64,000 bases of DNA from Calcarisporiella thermophila CBS 279.70 (Eukaryota > Fungi > Calcarisporiellomycota), in assembly GCF_041956535.1 (NCBI RefSeq), contig NW_027192196.1, positions 923,823 to 987,822 on the forward strand, read 5' to 3'. Every line of letters begins with the position of its first letter. The first letter of the stretch is position 1. Below the pieces are notes generated by a model that did not search any database, was not told where the DNA came from, and saw only the letters and a list, made by a program, of their open reading frames with translations. Made by a program: the position numbers and the translations under genes. Shown here piece by piece: positions 1 to 13,259 of this stretch.

Positions 1-2747
1 ATAATTCCCGATTCACCCGCGTGCTGGGCCGTGATAAAGCTATGAATGTCGGCGTAGATCGTTTTGGCGTTCTTGGGCAACACCTCGTACCGTAGATTGG
101 TTCGGTTGAAGCTCGATACAAATACGGCACATCCGCGAATACGCAGGTTATGTAACACGTCCTCCTTTACTTTTTCGTTTGCAGTTGCGGTCAGCGCCAT
201 CATGGGCACCGTTGGAAACTGCTCTTTCAAGCTGCCAAGCTGCTTGTAATCGGGCCGGAAGTCGTGCCCCCATTGACTAACACAGTGCGCTTCATCGATG
301 ACGAAGCGCGCCAGAAGATTCTTTTGGTGTAAGCGGCGAAGGGCGTTTTGGAACTGCGAGCTCTTGGACAACATCTCTGGCGTCACATATAGTAGCCGCA
401 GCCGCAATGAATTTTCGCTCTTGTCCAGCTCCTGGAAGACATCGCTACGCCGCTTTGCGTCAAGGGTACCGTTCAAACACATAGCCCCAATTCCGAGTGC
501 AATAAGATGCTGGATTTGGTCCTGCATCAAAGAGAGTAATGGAGACACAACGATGGTTACTCCTCGTGTCACGCCCTTATTTACAATGGCTGGTAGTTGG
601 TAGCACAAACTCTTTCCACCTCCCGTTGGCATCAACACAAACACATCCTTGCCGCTCAGGGTCGTATTGATCACCTCAAGTTGATTTTGTCTGAAATCTT
701 TGAGCTTGAATATTTGCTTAAGAGCTGCACGAACTTGCCCAGACCATGGGTATGATTCGGATGGTTTGGCAGGCGGGGCAGATGCACCTGTTCCTAATAG
801 GGTGGGTGTTGTTGAGAAGGCGGCTGGAGGAGTCTTGGGCACGATCGTGGAAATGGAGATGGAGTTTTGATCCACGTTTTCAATGTTTTCCACCTCAATG
901 TCATCCATCTGTGACCAAATGATGTCATCCAAATCCAAACCGCAATTGAAGTCGTCAGAACCTGTTGAGCGATGAGTGTTTTCGCGAGGAGACTCCTGCT
1001 GCTGGAAGGAATTATGAGGTTTAAATACATCGTCCTGCTTTACCCCGGAACGAGGCTGCGAATCCATCTGTGGGCTGTTTCTGGAAACGTTTTCATTTAT
1101 CTGCCCTTTGGCAATGGATCCCAAGGTTCCGGAACTAGTTCGATTAACATGCAGAGATTGCAGGTTGGCTGGGCTTGGCTCCTAATATCATGTAGTATAG
1201 CTAAACTAGGAGTAGCTATAAAAGAGGAGCTATTAAAATACCTTTTTCGACTCTCTCATTCTCATCTCACTTTTTATATCCTCGATATATGCTATTAGCG
1301 CAACTCTAAAAAGAATGCCACAGATAAACATTAAGATAACTCTAGATTAACACCCCTAAAATCATGAAATACCAACCGTTCGCTCTTTAAATCATTCATC
1401 ACTATATTATTCGAGCTCACACATTCATCAAAAAGTAGTGTACATATTTTATCGGAAATATCCTTTCGCTTTTCTACGTTTTCTTTGAGGAGTTCTGCCA
1501 GCTTTTCGTCTTGGACCTACATACAAGCGTAAAGAAATAGCAAAAAATGCTATTAATAATCTAGATACAATAAACCAGGTAAATGTAACAAGGTACCGTC
1601 TTTAAATTAGGATAGCCACCATAATCCAGGTCGCAGCAACCCGATTCTGTGGTGGTTTTCGACTCGATACGCTTTGGAGAATTTTCAAAGAGAAAGTCAT
1701 CCTCCTGTAGTATTGATAACTAAATATATCAGAAAAGAAACGCAGGCTAAGAAAAATAAGGGACATACCAAATCAACCGGAATACAGTCGTCTTCATCTA
1801 TTAAACTTGGTGAGTTGGAAGCATATTTTTCTGTGGCTATATTTGTCGCACTCCTACTAAAATTGCCGTGCGAATCTAATATCCAGGTATACATTAGGAT
1901 CATTATACTACATAACAGATAGTAAGTAAAAAACGAAAATAACCTTTAGAAGGAGGAATAGAATTCCTGTTTGCGCTTGTTCGCTCGGAAAAATTCGAGC
2001 CTGATCCCTCTCCAAGAGTAAGATTAACAATCTCATTTTCTTCCACATCAGATGTGATTATTTCGACAGAATCCTGAAATGGTGGGTTAGGTATTCTCGG
2101 AGGTGAATTTGGGACGAGAGTACCTAGAAAACAAGTAGAAATTTGATTTAATCTTGAGGAAATGAGGCATATACATGTTCATGCACACCTCTGGACGATG
2201 TTAAGTTATTTGTTCTTGTGTCAAAATTAGTTGTAATTTGAACTGATTCAATAGCCGAATTAAATTGAGAATTCTAAAGATTAATATCAAAAAGATTAGT
2301 TAATAAAATGGCCAAACCAAACTGAAGAAAAAGGAATTGAGAGATTGTTTCATTCGTACCTGGTCATAAAAGTCAGACGACTTGATTATTGCGGAATCTA
2401 AAGAGTATCTGGAATTGCTCCTTCTGTAGATCGGAAAGGAAAAAAAACTTAGTAGGGCAAGCGAATTTTTTTCATGGAAAAAAGGTAGATCATTACTTCA
2501 GCGTCTGTACTTCGTTAGTACTTGAGGCTTCGTAATGCCCGGAGGTTGTTCTACGTCGCTTCTGTGGTACATCTGCGTAGGGATTGAAGTCAAGCGATCC
2601 GTCTTGATAGTTAGTACCATTACCGTTCGATGAATACGAGAGAGGGGAAAGGTTGGAAATCGATGTGGAAGTACGGGTGGTTACCGTCGATTGAAGCCAT
2701 GCTAGTTGCTCGGTAAGATTGTTTTTGGGTTTGGCAAGTGGCCTCAT
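1..2747 (-). CDS. SGS1: RecQ-family DNA helicase (Sgs1/BLM), 5' portion; multi-exon, runs off the window start
   Basis: Minus-strand translation gives motif I (LMPTGGGKSLCYQLPA, ~590-640) and motif II (FVIDEAHCVSQWGHDFRPDYKQL, ~240-305). The N-terminus MRPLAKPKNNLTEQLAWL resembles the Sgs1 Top3-binding N-terminal helix. Several GT-AG introns. Start codon inferred. Confidence 0.9.
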
Positions 2748-2891
2748 ATATGGAAGAAGAGAAAGGATACTGGATGGTTTCTGTTGGACTCGATGTTGTC
2801 TCCTCAAAAATTTCCTAGGAGATTTGAGTTGGAAAGAATATGACAAAAAACAACAAGATGTGTGACTGTCCTTCGTAAATCTAGGAAAAAA

Positions 2892-2908
2892 TTTCGCGTT
2901 TTCGCGTT
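2892..2908 (-). promoter_or_regulatory. Tandem AACGCGAAA (MCB/E2F-like) elements upstream of SGS1
   Basis: TTTCGCGTT occurs twice, overlapping by one base, ~150 bp upstream of the inferred ATG in AT-rich DNA. Confidence 0.5.
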
Positions 2909-4320
2909 TCATTTAACTTAATAGTCAACTTTTGGACTCTTAATCGCATCCATTTGGACTTGGATTGATTCCTACTAAATTATTGGTCTTACGCAATAAT
3001 CAAGAACTCTACTACAAATTGCAGGTTATATAAATTTATAAAGGCTTTTCTCCCCAATCTGTTATTTATTCTGTGCTAAATGTTTATTGCTCCATGGGAT
3101 CGCTGATAGATGTTCAGACTTAAAATGCTAAATGGCGTTTTCAATGTTCAATTGTACCCCTTGATCAGAGGCCAATCTTGAAGATCAAATAAGTCAATCT
3201 AAAAAATGTGGTTTTATGGCAGAGAGATAGAAAACAGTAGGGATATATATTTGATAGTGTCATTTCCAATCCAAACAATATCCTAATGGGTGCTTCAGGT
3301 AAAGGTCACAAAAATACAAGACCTTGGTATTTTATTCAGTAAGAATCCTGATCATAGGTAGGGGATACTTATACTGCTAAATACAATATAATTTGGTGAA
3401 GTTTGAACCATTGCCAGTATCTCTCCAAATTGGTGCATGATGCGATATTTGTAGACCTAGAAATTTGTCGAGAACTTTGCTCAAAGATCGTTTTCCACAA
3501 ATAACTTTGTGCGTTCTCTCGGGTTTCCTCTTAGCACTTTCGAGTATTTTAGTCGCTAACAGTGAGAGCTGGCCCGGTTGCCGACCGCTGAGGGTGAAAC
3601 TAAATTAAACCGAAGCTGGCAATCTACAAAAAAAGAAAAGTTTCAGAGCCGAGCTCGAATTCGAGACCATTGGTTAATAGACGGATTTCTGCTCTATCAT
3701 TTTATGATAGGATACCATTTACAGTCACCCACCGCAATTCCAATCAGATAGAAGCAGCCTGATATTTTGTCTTTTGTGTACCATGTACAAAATCATTGTA
3801 GTCAACAGCAAGCCATGGTGGCATGGATAAGCTCGGGGGCAGGGCCTGGTATATTTAGCTTGCTAGAGTGATATCTCTTTGGTTTGTCTCAGAATAGGAA
3901 CCACTGTCCTAGTAGAAGCAACCCTGTGGGGGCTCTGCGCTAAGGGTGCGTTGTGCTATGATGGAATTTCTAAAGAGCACAGCCCAGTATAAATAGAAAA
4001 TCAGTTTTCGGAAAACCTAAAATTTCCTCAACCCTTCGTGATTTGTTGCGTTTTGCAGGCTGAGAAAAATATTTCAAGCGCGATTTCGAGGGAACAAGTG
4101 CGGGCTGAGTGCCGTAACTCGTTCTTGTTTTCAATCATCAATCTTATCCACTCCTTATAGATCGAATTCCCCCCATGCTCTACTAATTCCGCATACCATA
4201 GACCTCCTAATACCTTTCATCCTAAAAGCTCGCTTTAATCTCGCTCTCTCATTAATCCTACTTGCTTAATTTATACCCTTCCTCACCTCATCAAGTTTAA
4301 TTTCCAAAATATTAATAACC

Positions 4321-5436
4321 ATGCGCTGGAAACGTTTTTATGAACTCCTCCTTCTTTTTCAACTCTCCACATTGGCTCGCCCCCAGACTTTCCGCAGGCG
4401 TCACCGCCATTCACGTAGGCGCTCTTCGCCCCTTCAGCTTGAGTCCAGAGATATCTTCGACGACATTATTTTTGGTCCCGGTAAAGATAAAAAGGAAGGA
4501 AAAGGAGAAAAAGGAAATGATAAAGAAAAGATTCCAAAGAAAGACATAAATGACGATGATCATTTTCCTGACATTGATAAGGAACCGGGCAAGAATAAGA
4601 AGCCACCAGGGGGTGATGTCCCTGAGAAAAATAAGGAGGTAGGAAAAGATAAGGATGACGGGGCGAAAGATAAAAACCAGCAAGGAAACCCGAACCCGAA
4701 CCCGAACCCGAACCCGAAGCCAGTAACGAAGCCAGCGCCGATCTCCTCTGCAATCCCACCTTCCTCATCCGCTTCTTCCTCCAGTTCATTACTTCCCCCG
4801 TCCACTCCACTGGCTTCATCCAGTGCTGCTAAAGCCACAAGCAGCTCCACACCCCCAGTCTCTACTGCTGTGTCTTCTCTTTCCTCCTCTTCGCTTAAAC
4901 CAAGTGCCACTGCAGAGCCTTTCAACACAGTTGCTGGCACAAACGTGAATACAGAGGTCTCGCAAAACATGGTTATCGGCCTTTCCGTTATTGGTGGCTT
5001 GCTGCTTCTCATAGTGGCGTTCATTTTCTACGTGCGCTACCGACGTCGCCAGGCTATTACCGCTGCTCTGATTGCAAAATCTGCTGCCGAGTTTGGTAAC
5101 GCTAATGCAATCTCCCCTAAGGATGAGAAGGCGGCCCTTGCATCCGGCCTAGTGAATAGCTCTTCCCCTGGCGGAGGTCAGCCTATTGGCACATTCACGG
5201 TTATTGCAACCTACTCCCCCTCTTTGCCTGACGAGCTTGACCTGCAAACCGGAGACCAGGTGCGCGTACTCCATGAGTACGACGACGGATGGGTTCAGGC
5301 TATGAACCTGACCCAGGGTGGTCTAAAAGGCGTTTGCCCCAAGTTTTGCCTGGATATGCATGGATCAAAGCCTGGCGCTCAACGGCAGTCAAAGCGAAAG
5401 TCCTCAAGATACAGTATGTATTATGGAGGCAACTAA
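4321..5436 (+). CDS. Single-pass membrane protein with signal peptide, Ser/Pro/Thr-rich stalk and C-terminal SH3 domain (Fus1-like topology)
   Basis: 371-aa intronless ORF: hydrophobic N-terminus, TM segment VIGLSVIGGLLLLIVAFIFYV followed by RYRRR, SH3 signature (VIATYSPSLPDELDLQTGDQV...YDDGWV...GVCPKFCL). Confidence 0.85.
   Translation: MRWKRFYELLLLFQLSTLARPQTFRRRHRHSRRRSSPLQLESRDIFDDIIFGPGKDKKEGKGEKGNDKEKIPKKDINDDDHFPDIDKEPGKNKKPPGGDVPEKNKEVGKDKDDGAKDKNQQGNPNPNPNPNPKPVTKPAPISSAIPPSSSASSSSSLLPPSTPLASSSAAKATSSSTPPVSTAVSSLSSSSLKPSATAEPFNTVAGTNVNTEVSQNMVIGLSVIGGLLLLIVAFIFYVRYRRRQAITAALIAKSAAEFGNANAISPKDEKAALASGLVNSSSPGGGQPIGTFTVIATYSPSLPDELDLQTGDQVRVLHEYDDGWVQAMNLTQGGLKGVCPKFCLDMHGSKPGAQRQSKRKSSRYSMYYGGN
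4688..4716 (+). repeat. (AACCCG)n coding microsatellite encoding an Asn-Pro repeat
   Basis: aacccg tandem copies read directly; translate to NPNPNPNPNP. Confidence 0.9.
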
Positions 5437-5881
5437 TCTACTCCATCCCCCGTTTTTTTTTCTCTTTCCTTTCCTTTCCTTTCACTCCTGATGCATTTTT
5501 CTATTTCCTTTTTTCGTCCTATTTATATATTTATAAGTATATAAATATCTTATTTAATTGTTTCTTGTTGTTGACCTCAATACTTTTGGGAGGTATTCTT
5601 TTTCTTTTTTGCTCCCTTTAAATGTTCAATGAATAAACAGAAGGATTCTATCCCGATTTCATACTTCAGATTGATTTAAGATTGCTGATGACGTTTCCAA
5701 GTAACAACACCCCTCTATTTTTCGAGCTTCTCATCCGACCAGAGAGACATTTATTTTTTTTTAAAGAAAAAAATCCACCAGCATGCTGCGAATTATTCCA
5801 CTTGCACACTCGGCGAGGCGTAAATAATACGATGGTGTTATTTCTCATTCAACTCACTAAAATATATACATTCTCATAGCG

Positions 5882-7389
5882 ATGTGCTCTCACTCCAAAT
5901 TAACCGTTATCACGATGTCCAAGGTATAGACATAGTTTATATTCCAAGTGTGTTCTAACCAATTATTTACTGTCTGAGCGGATTGTCGAGTAGAGAAATG
6001 CCCATGACCTTATGATTCGAAAGAAGACCGGTAAGCCGATTGTGAGCTCAGGTGCTGGAGGACGGTAAGATCTATTAATTTTATTTAGATTATATCCATT
6101 TGGCACACTTCTGATAATTTTCCCGGGAATAGTTCTTCTGTAAGTGGCCACGTTGCGACAGTATTCGGATGCACTGGTTTCCTTGGTCGATATGTTACTC
6201 ATAAACTTGGTATATAGTTAAAGCATATTCATTCCCTGAATTTTTTTGGCTGATTGTAAATTGTTCTATTCGACAGCCAAAATCGGCACCCAAGTCATCA
6301 CTCCTTATCGCGATGAGGAAGCGCAGCGCCCCCTTAAAGTTATGGGCGACCTTGGTCAAGTAGTCAAGATGGTAATTTACGATTTCTGTATATTCTGAGA
6401 ATCGAATTCGTGATATATTTTTTTGTATTGCATGGCAGGAATTTGATCTGCGAAATCGTGAGCAGCTCGTTGAATGTATTCGCCACTCCGACATCGTTTA
6501 CAATATCATCGGACGTGATTACGAGACAAAAAATTTCTCATTTGATGATGTGCATGTTGAAGGTGCTCGTGCCATTGCAGAAATTTGCCGTGAAGTCGGC
6601 ACCCCGCGTCTCGTGCATGTTTCAGCCCTGAACGCAGACGAGAATTCTCCATCAAAATTCCTGCGCAGCAAGGTGAGTATTCTCCGCTTGGTGTATATAG
6701 AATGTATATTTATGAGCCCCGCCTCTACTCTAGGCTCTTGGCGAGAAAGTCGTGAAAGAGATCGTCCCAGACGCAACCATTGTACGCCCCGCCACCATGT
6801 ACGGTTATGACGACCGATTTTTAAATCGCATGGGCTCTCGCCGAGGAACTCAATTCCTTTTGAACGAGGGTAAAACCCGCCTGCGGCCTGTTCATGTCCT
6901 CGACGTGGCTGAAGCGATGTTTATTATGCTGAATGCTGAGTCCACCATTGGAAAGACATTCGAGCTCTATGGGTGAGTTGTCTATTCTTATCAGCCCGAA
7001 ACCCAGCGAGGCCTAATTTTTTTTTTCTCTCCTACGATCTTAGCTCACAAGAGTACACCTATAAGCAAATTTGGGACTTGATCGCTGATCTCTCCAAGCG
7101 TCAGCCTAAAGAGGTGCACATACCCGTACCCCTTGCCAAAGCAGTTGCCACCGTTCTAGATAAGCTTCCTTGGCCCGTTCTCTCACCCGATCAAATTACG
7201 CGTGCCCTCATCTCTGACGAGCCAAGCGCCAACGCGCACACCTTCGCGGATCTTCTCATCGAACCCCATCGTCTTGAGGATGTAGCCATTCAGTTTGTGC
7301 GAAGATTCCGTTCCAGTAACTACTTTGACCAGCCGCTTGAAAAGGGGGACGGCGAGGTCAAGAAGGGAGTGTACCATGTCGTTAACTAG
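5882..7389 (+). CDS. NDUFA9: NADH:ubiquinone oxidoreductase 39/40-kDa subunit (SDR fold)
   Basis: Exons encode [74 protein letters not shown]. Start approximate. Confidence 0.9.
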
Positions 7390-8289
7390 AGCTTGAAGCG
7401 TCGCGTTCCATGTGTTTTCTTTTTATAGGATGCCTGCTCTAGAGAGGGGCGGGAGTGTTCTAATTCATATACATATAATAAAATAGAGATTGGTTGTTAT
7501 CTATTATCCCAGTTTTATGCTCACCTCTTAGTCTTTTATCCGCTTCGAGACAGGATGGCTTGTCCAAGTGCCTACTTCCATTGACCACCCCTTGGTGAAC
7601 TTTTTCATTAGAAAACGAACCACGTATTATACCAGGGCTTCCATATCATCCTTTTTGATTTGCAATTGTTTGCTCTTCAAGCCAAGTCATCAGAAGCCAT
7701 CCATTATAGTGGAGGATTGGTCGTCTCTTACATCATGCGAAGCACAAGATGAAACGTAGAAAATTGCATTCGTTGATCCCCCTAGGAGCACCGATGTCAA
7801 AAGGAATGACAGACGTAAACGGGTGCAAAATTTCTGCAGCCGATATTAGACGTGTTGCAAAACTTTTTAATTTTTACACAGTCAGGGCCGTAGGTGGGGC
7901 ATGCGATATCGAATCGAAACATGGGGCCGAAGCTGATAACAACGTAGGCCCACATGAAAGACACGTGTTCGAGCCTCCCCCCTCCTTTGCAGGAAAGGGT
8001 CGGGTGAAACGAGGAGTGTGCAAATTTGAGTGTTCACTTATCAGTTCGGGAATCTCGGATAGCACTTCTAGTATAGGGGTCGTTTATTATCTCTTGAGCT
8101 TATTTATAACACAGAGTAGTAATACTGCCATTGCAAGGAAGAGAAAGGAAACAAAGGTAAAATAGACAAAGTAGTGCGTAAAAAAACAAAAACGAAAGAA
8201 AATAAAACAAAAAGAAAGCTTAATAGAACATTGAAACCAAAGACTAGAGAGGGAACAAATGTTAGAACACTACAGGGGAGACCGGGATT

Positions 8290-9151
8290 TTACTGGAGAT
8301 GCTTTTTCTTTTTCCGCTTCGACACCTCATCGCCACCGTTGAGGGAGTCGGCCTTTTCTTTCTTCTTCTTCTCTTTCTTCTTCTCCTCCGCCTCTTTCTT
8401 CTTGTCCTTTGTCTTGTCCTTTGCCTCACTGCTCACGGGCTTCCCCTTGGTCCGCTTGGCGGGAGGTGCCTTTGTTTCCTCCTCGCTCGACTCCTCGCCG
8501 CTAGCGCTGCTCTCGGCTATCTCCTCAACGGCCGAGTGCACCTCCTCCTCGGAGCCGTGTTCGTGGTGAGGCGAAGCCTTTCCAGCCAGATACTCCCGCT
8601 TCTTCTCGTCATACTCCTCCTTCTCCTTCATATACCTCTCCTCATACTGCTTCCTCAAATCGGGCGACAGATTCTTCCAGCGCTCACCAATAATGGTCAC
8701 GATTTTCTTCTGATCCGCGTCGGGGAATTCTTCCTTGACTTTGGTGCGCACCGCGTTACTAAAATGGATGTAGGCTGTATGTGGTTTCTTGGGCGCGTTG
8801 GGATCGATTTCACGCTTGCGCTTTTGCGGGTGGCCGGAGGCGGAGGCGTGCGCGTCTTCGTGGAGAGAGGTGACGAGCTGGGGAAGGATATTGTTGGCTT
8901 CTTCGAGGAAGTCGGCGACGGTCCGCAGGGCGGTCACGGCCTATTTTAAGAAAACCAGGAGAAGAGCAGGGATAAGTATCATTAGGCAAGGGCGAGAGGG
9001 GAGGGAGAGGGGGAAAAGGTCGAAGAAGTACTATCGCTTATTAGACCACGTTTACTTCCTAGCGTCAAAGATGAAGTCAACTTACCCCCATAGTCTTCTT
9101 CTTCAATAGTTTGACCAAACCATTGAGTTCGGCTTGAGAATGCTGAGCCAT
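8290..9151 (-). CDS. HMG-box chromatin protein (Hmo1/Nhp6-like) with Lys-rich tail
   Basis: DPNAPKKPHTAYIHFSNAVR...IGERWKNLSPDLRKQYE HMG box. Short first exon from ATG 9151 ending at a GTAAG donor. Confidence 0.88.
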
Positions 9152-10203
9152 GGAGTCTAATACACGTAAAAAAGAGGGTTTAGTACGTAGGTTAGACGGG
9201 CAAAGGATATTTAAGAATAAGGGTAGGGTTGGAGGGGTGGGGGGATATGAAATATTTAAGTATATATAAATGGTAATGACGCGTCAATGGGGAGGGGAGG
9301 GAATGAGAAGAGGGGGGAAAGGAGGGGTAATCACCTTGAGACGTGTGAGAGAGCCTGTGGGGTCTTGGAGGGTGATTGGGCTGAGGCGGTATGGGGGGGG
9401 GTTGGATGGACTAGGGAGTCAGGGCTTTGGGGGGATGGAATGGGCGGGAACTTTGTTCAGAGAAAAGCCGGCCGTAAAGGTGGGCAAAACTATTTGACTC
9501 TACAGAACAAAGAACAGAAGAGCAAAGAGAGAAAAATTTTTCGCTTGTTTACGGATTTAACCCGGGGGGGGGGGGGGAGGGCGCGTGAGTTCAGTGGTGA
9601 ACGGGGGGAAAATATGCGAGACGGATTGAAATTGGGTTACTCAGCTTGAAAGAAGCAAAGCAGGAAAGACACGGGCCGAATGAATGGCCGAGATGCTTCA
9701 TTAAACCGCCCGACTGTAATTCCATGGGAAAAATTAAATGGGCTGTCGGAAGCGACCGCATAAACTGTAACCTCCGGCCCGCCCTCGGCCAGTCACCAGA
9801 ACACCGCTGAGGCAAAATTCAGGGCTTCCGGAAACTCTGACCACCGGCACGCCAGCACAGCCAAAGAGCTAAAGGGAAAAAGCGGCCCGGCCCCACGAAC
9901 TCCTGACTGCAACCTGCAGAGGCCGCTCAGCCCGCAAGGGCAAATACTGACTAGGTCAAGCGGACTCGTTTGTAGGGAGATTAACCCAAGCTCGATCAAC
10001 TGAGCAGAATCCTCATTCTAAAAGCTAAAATAGACCGCTTTATAATTGAAACATAAAATAGTACAAAACAAATTCAAAATGAAGAAAAAGGGAAAAGATA
10101 CAAAACAATCAATCGAAAGCAAAAGTTCGTCTGCGATTTAAAGTCAATGAATGAGTCCACATTAAAAAGAAAAAAAAAAGAGAAAATAGGTATTATAGAG
10201 ATT

Positions 10204-10880
10204 CTAGGATTGCTGAGGCTTCATGAATCCTAAGAGCTGCTTGTCCCTCAGCATTTGCAACACATGCAGCATGCCCATCCGGCTCTTCGCCGTATTATCC
10301 GAATACCTTTTCACTCCAAAACCCTCGATTCTCCCGGTCAGGCCGAAACCTAATCGCGATACCACACGCGCTTCAGTGGTGACCTCCGTCCATTCTCTAT
10401 TGTCCGGATGAGGGCGGAAAGTCTGCGTCTCTTCAACGGACATGACGCGGGCATGGGAAAGATTGCGAGTGCGAGTCACCATAGTGCGCGTGTGGGGATC
10501 TACCTCGGATTCTTCGATGATAAAGGCCTCAGTGTTTTTCACGATCTACAAAACACTCATTGGTAAGCAAACACCGGAGGGAAAATATCTTGGCAATGGA
10601 CAATTACCCCGCGAGGAGCCCATTTAGGCAACTTCCCACTCTTAAGTATAATACGGGTTGTTCGTAAGACACCTGTCACTGGATCTACTGTCCGATCTAA
10701 CACGTCAACGCTGTGCACATGTGAAGCAAACGGGTTTGGATATCGCACCCAAAATGCATATGTCACATTGGACCATGGGTAACTAGCTCAATGAAATCGT
10801 AAGAATCGCCCAAGATCATGTGAAAAGGCAAAATTCAAGGCTTACTCGTATTTAAAGCTGTGCTGGTAGAACTTGACCAT
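10204..10880 (-). CDS. UPS1: PRELI/MSF1-family mitochondrial lipid transfer protein (Ups1-like)
   Basis: MVKFYQHSFKYE|YPWSNVTYAFWVRYPNPFASHVHSVDVL...EESEVDP...TRNLSH; two introns. Confidence 0.88.
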
Positions 10881-11336
10881 GATTTAATCGGCGGTTTCGA
10901 TTCTCTTCACTTGTTAGACTTGATTTGATTAGCTGTCCGCAGGCTCATAAAGAACAGATAAAGAAAGAATATACGGAAAATTGGATGAAAAATAACTCCC
11001 AATGGCGCCTTTCTCCCATTCAACTCCTGGATATATGTCAGTCAAATTATATTGTCATAGAGAATAGAGAAGAGAAATTTTTTTTTGCTGGACAGAGAGA
11101 AGGGCGAGGAAATAAGATTTGAAAACACCGAAACGTCATCAACAAGTGAGGTCTAATGAGCCTGGAGGGATTGGTGGAGATTCTTCGCCAAAAAAAAAGT
11201 CGCGGCGTCGGACAAACATTCATGTGTTGTATTAAATTGCATATGTAATGCTCAAGTTCATTAAGAAGAAACAATACAGATAAATTGTGGTTTATTTTCT
11301 TTAGTCAACGATATCGCCCCGATCGCCAAGATCCTA

Positions 11337-12201
11337 CTATGCACGGCTTTGCTGTTGCAGACGCTCTAAGTATGCGTTCCATCCGGCTTCTCTATAGCGT
11401 TTGGATTCCTCCACAACGTCTCTCCCCTTTCCATAGATGCCCCTTCCGACAATAATAATATCGCTCTTGGAATCACAAATAACCTCTCTCGGGCTCCGAT
11501 ACTGCTGCCCCAAACCATCTCCCTTCGTATCTAGACCCACTCCAGGTGACATTACAATGAAGTCATGATCGGTCTCAAGCTTGCGTCCAGCGATAAAGCC
11601 GATCACAAAGTCTCGATGCCTCTGAGCCATTGCAACCGCTGCATCAGTATAGCTCCCAGTGGCTAGGGATCCCGCCGAAGACATCTCGGCCATCAGTAGC
11701 AGACCTCTCCCAAGGGGGAGTCCTACTTCTTTGAGGCCTTGGACAATGCCTTCTCCAGGGACCGGGTGAGCGTTCGTGATATCGGCCCACTCAGCAATAC
11801 GATACACACCAGAAGAGTATTGGTGCTTTACCGTGTTGCCAATATCAGCGAATTTACGATCTTCAAAAATGAAGAAGCGATGCTTCGCCGCGAGTTGACG
11901 AAGTTGCTCGGGAACAGTGGAGTCAAAATCGTCAAGAATATCAATGTGTGTCTATGTGAGTATTTATCGCAAATTAGCCAGAGCTACGGAAAAGCACGTA
12001 AGCAGCAAGATGAGAATGGTGGGGAATTACCTTTAAAACGCAAATGTAAGGGCCAGTCTTGTCGGCAATCTCTAATAGATCCTGTTTCTTCGTCACGTCC
12101 AAAGATAATGCCAGATTAGTGCGCTTTTCTTCAATGAGCTCGAGGAGAGCCTTTGCGCATGCATTGTTGAGTTGTTTCGCTCGCTCACCATACGTAGCCA
12201 T
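11337..12201 (-). CDS. URA3: Orotidine-5'-phosphate decarboxylase
   Basis: MATYGERA...ICVLK|THIDILDDF...[14 protein letters not shown]...AEMSSAG...GDGLGQQYR...IIIVGRGIY. Confidence 0.97.
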
Positions 12202-12359
12202 TTTAGTTTTATCTTTGGGAAAACAAGACAATGACAGCTCGAATTGATTTCGAAGTATGTTGTGGCTTAACGTATATTGTTTTCGCAGTCACAGTGCATT
12301 CTATATAGAGATGGCAGATATATTACGGTGTTAGTAATCTTGAGGGAATACTGTTCATA

Positions 12360-13259
12360 ATGGCTTCCGTGACAGATACTGTTCATCCTCAAACAATGGA
12401 AAATGATCATGTCCACCAGGTATATGCCAAAATAGCCGGACATTTTAGTCAGACACGGTACAAACCTTGGCCAGTGGTGGAGCAGTTCCTGCAATCGCAA
12501 AAGGCGGGAAGCATTGGGGCGGATGTAGGGTGCGGTAATGGGAAATATATGGAAGTCAACAAAAATGTATATATCTTGGGCTCAGATAGGTTGGTATTGC
12601 TCTTAGTTGTGTTCCCCAAGGAAAGTGGACATTAAAATATCCATTTGGAATAGATGCTATGATTTAATCGGGATTGTGAATTCTCGAGGTTTAGAAGGGC
12701 TTGTCTGCGATGGGCTCTCTTTACCATATCGCACAGATTCGTTTGTATGTCCTAGATCACGCTTAGATGTTTCTGTGGTTATCGAACTGTATTGACAATA
12801 ATCTTCACTTGCTCCTAGGATTTTGTCATTTCCATCGCCGTCATTCACCACTTCGCAACTCCTCAGCGCAGGCGCGAGGCAGTCGAAGAGCTTTTAAGGA
12901 TTGTAAAACCCGGTGGGAAGATTCTGATATTTGTGTGGGCTTTAGAGCAGACGAAGGAGAGTCGACGCAAGTTTGAAGAGCAAGATGTTTTCGTACCTTG
13001 GGTTCTGAAAGAGCCACAACCAGCTCACAAGAAGGAAAAGAAGAAGGGTAGAAAGAGAGACGCAAAGGGCGAACATCAGAAAGAGCAAGAGAAAAAACTC
13101 GAGAATATAGAAAACAAAGAGCAAAATAATGAGGTATACCAGCGTTACTACCATCTGTTCAAAGAAAAAGAACTCGAGGACTTAGTACAGAGCTCAGGTG
13201 CGATTGTAGAAGAATCTGGTTATGATAGAGACAATTGGTTTGTGATCGCAAAGAAATAA
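12360..13259 (+). CDS. TRM9: tRNA wobble-uridine (mcm5U) methyltransferase Trm9/ALKBH8-like
   Basis: HVHQVYAKIAGHFSQTRYKPWP, SAM motif DVGCGNGKY, SIAVIHH, VWALEQ, RYYHLF, YDRDNW. Confidence 0.93.

Noticed and set aside
7568-8165. ORFs between NDUFA9 and the HMG-box gene
   Set aside because: No homology signal; likely 3' UTR/intergenic DNA.
9640-10004. RNase P/MRP RNA assignment (GGAAAG... and ACCCAAGCTCGATCA resemble CR-I/CR-V)
   Set aside because: No room for P2/P3 before the CR-I-like motif, and P4 lacks the conserved bulged-U pattern. Kept only as an unassigned structured candidate.
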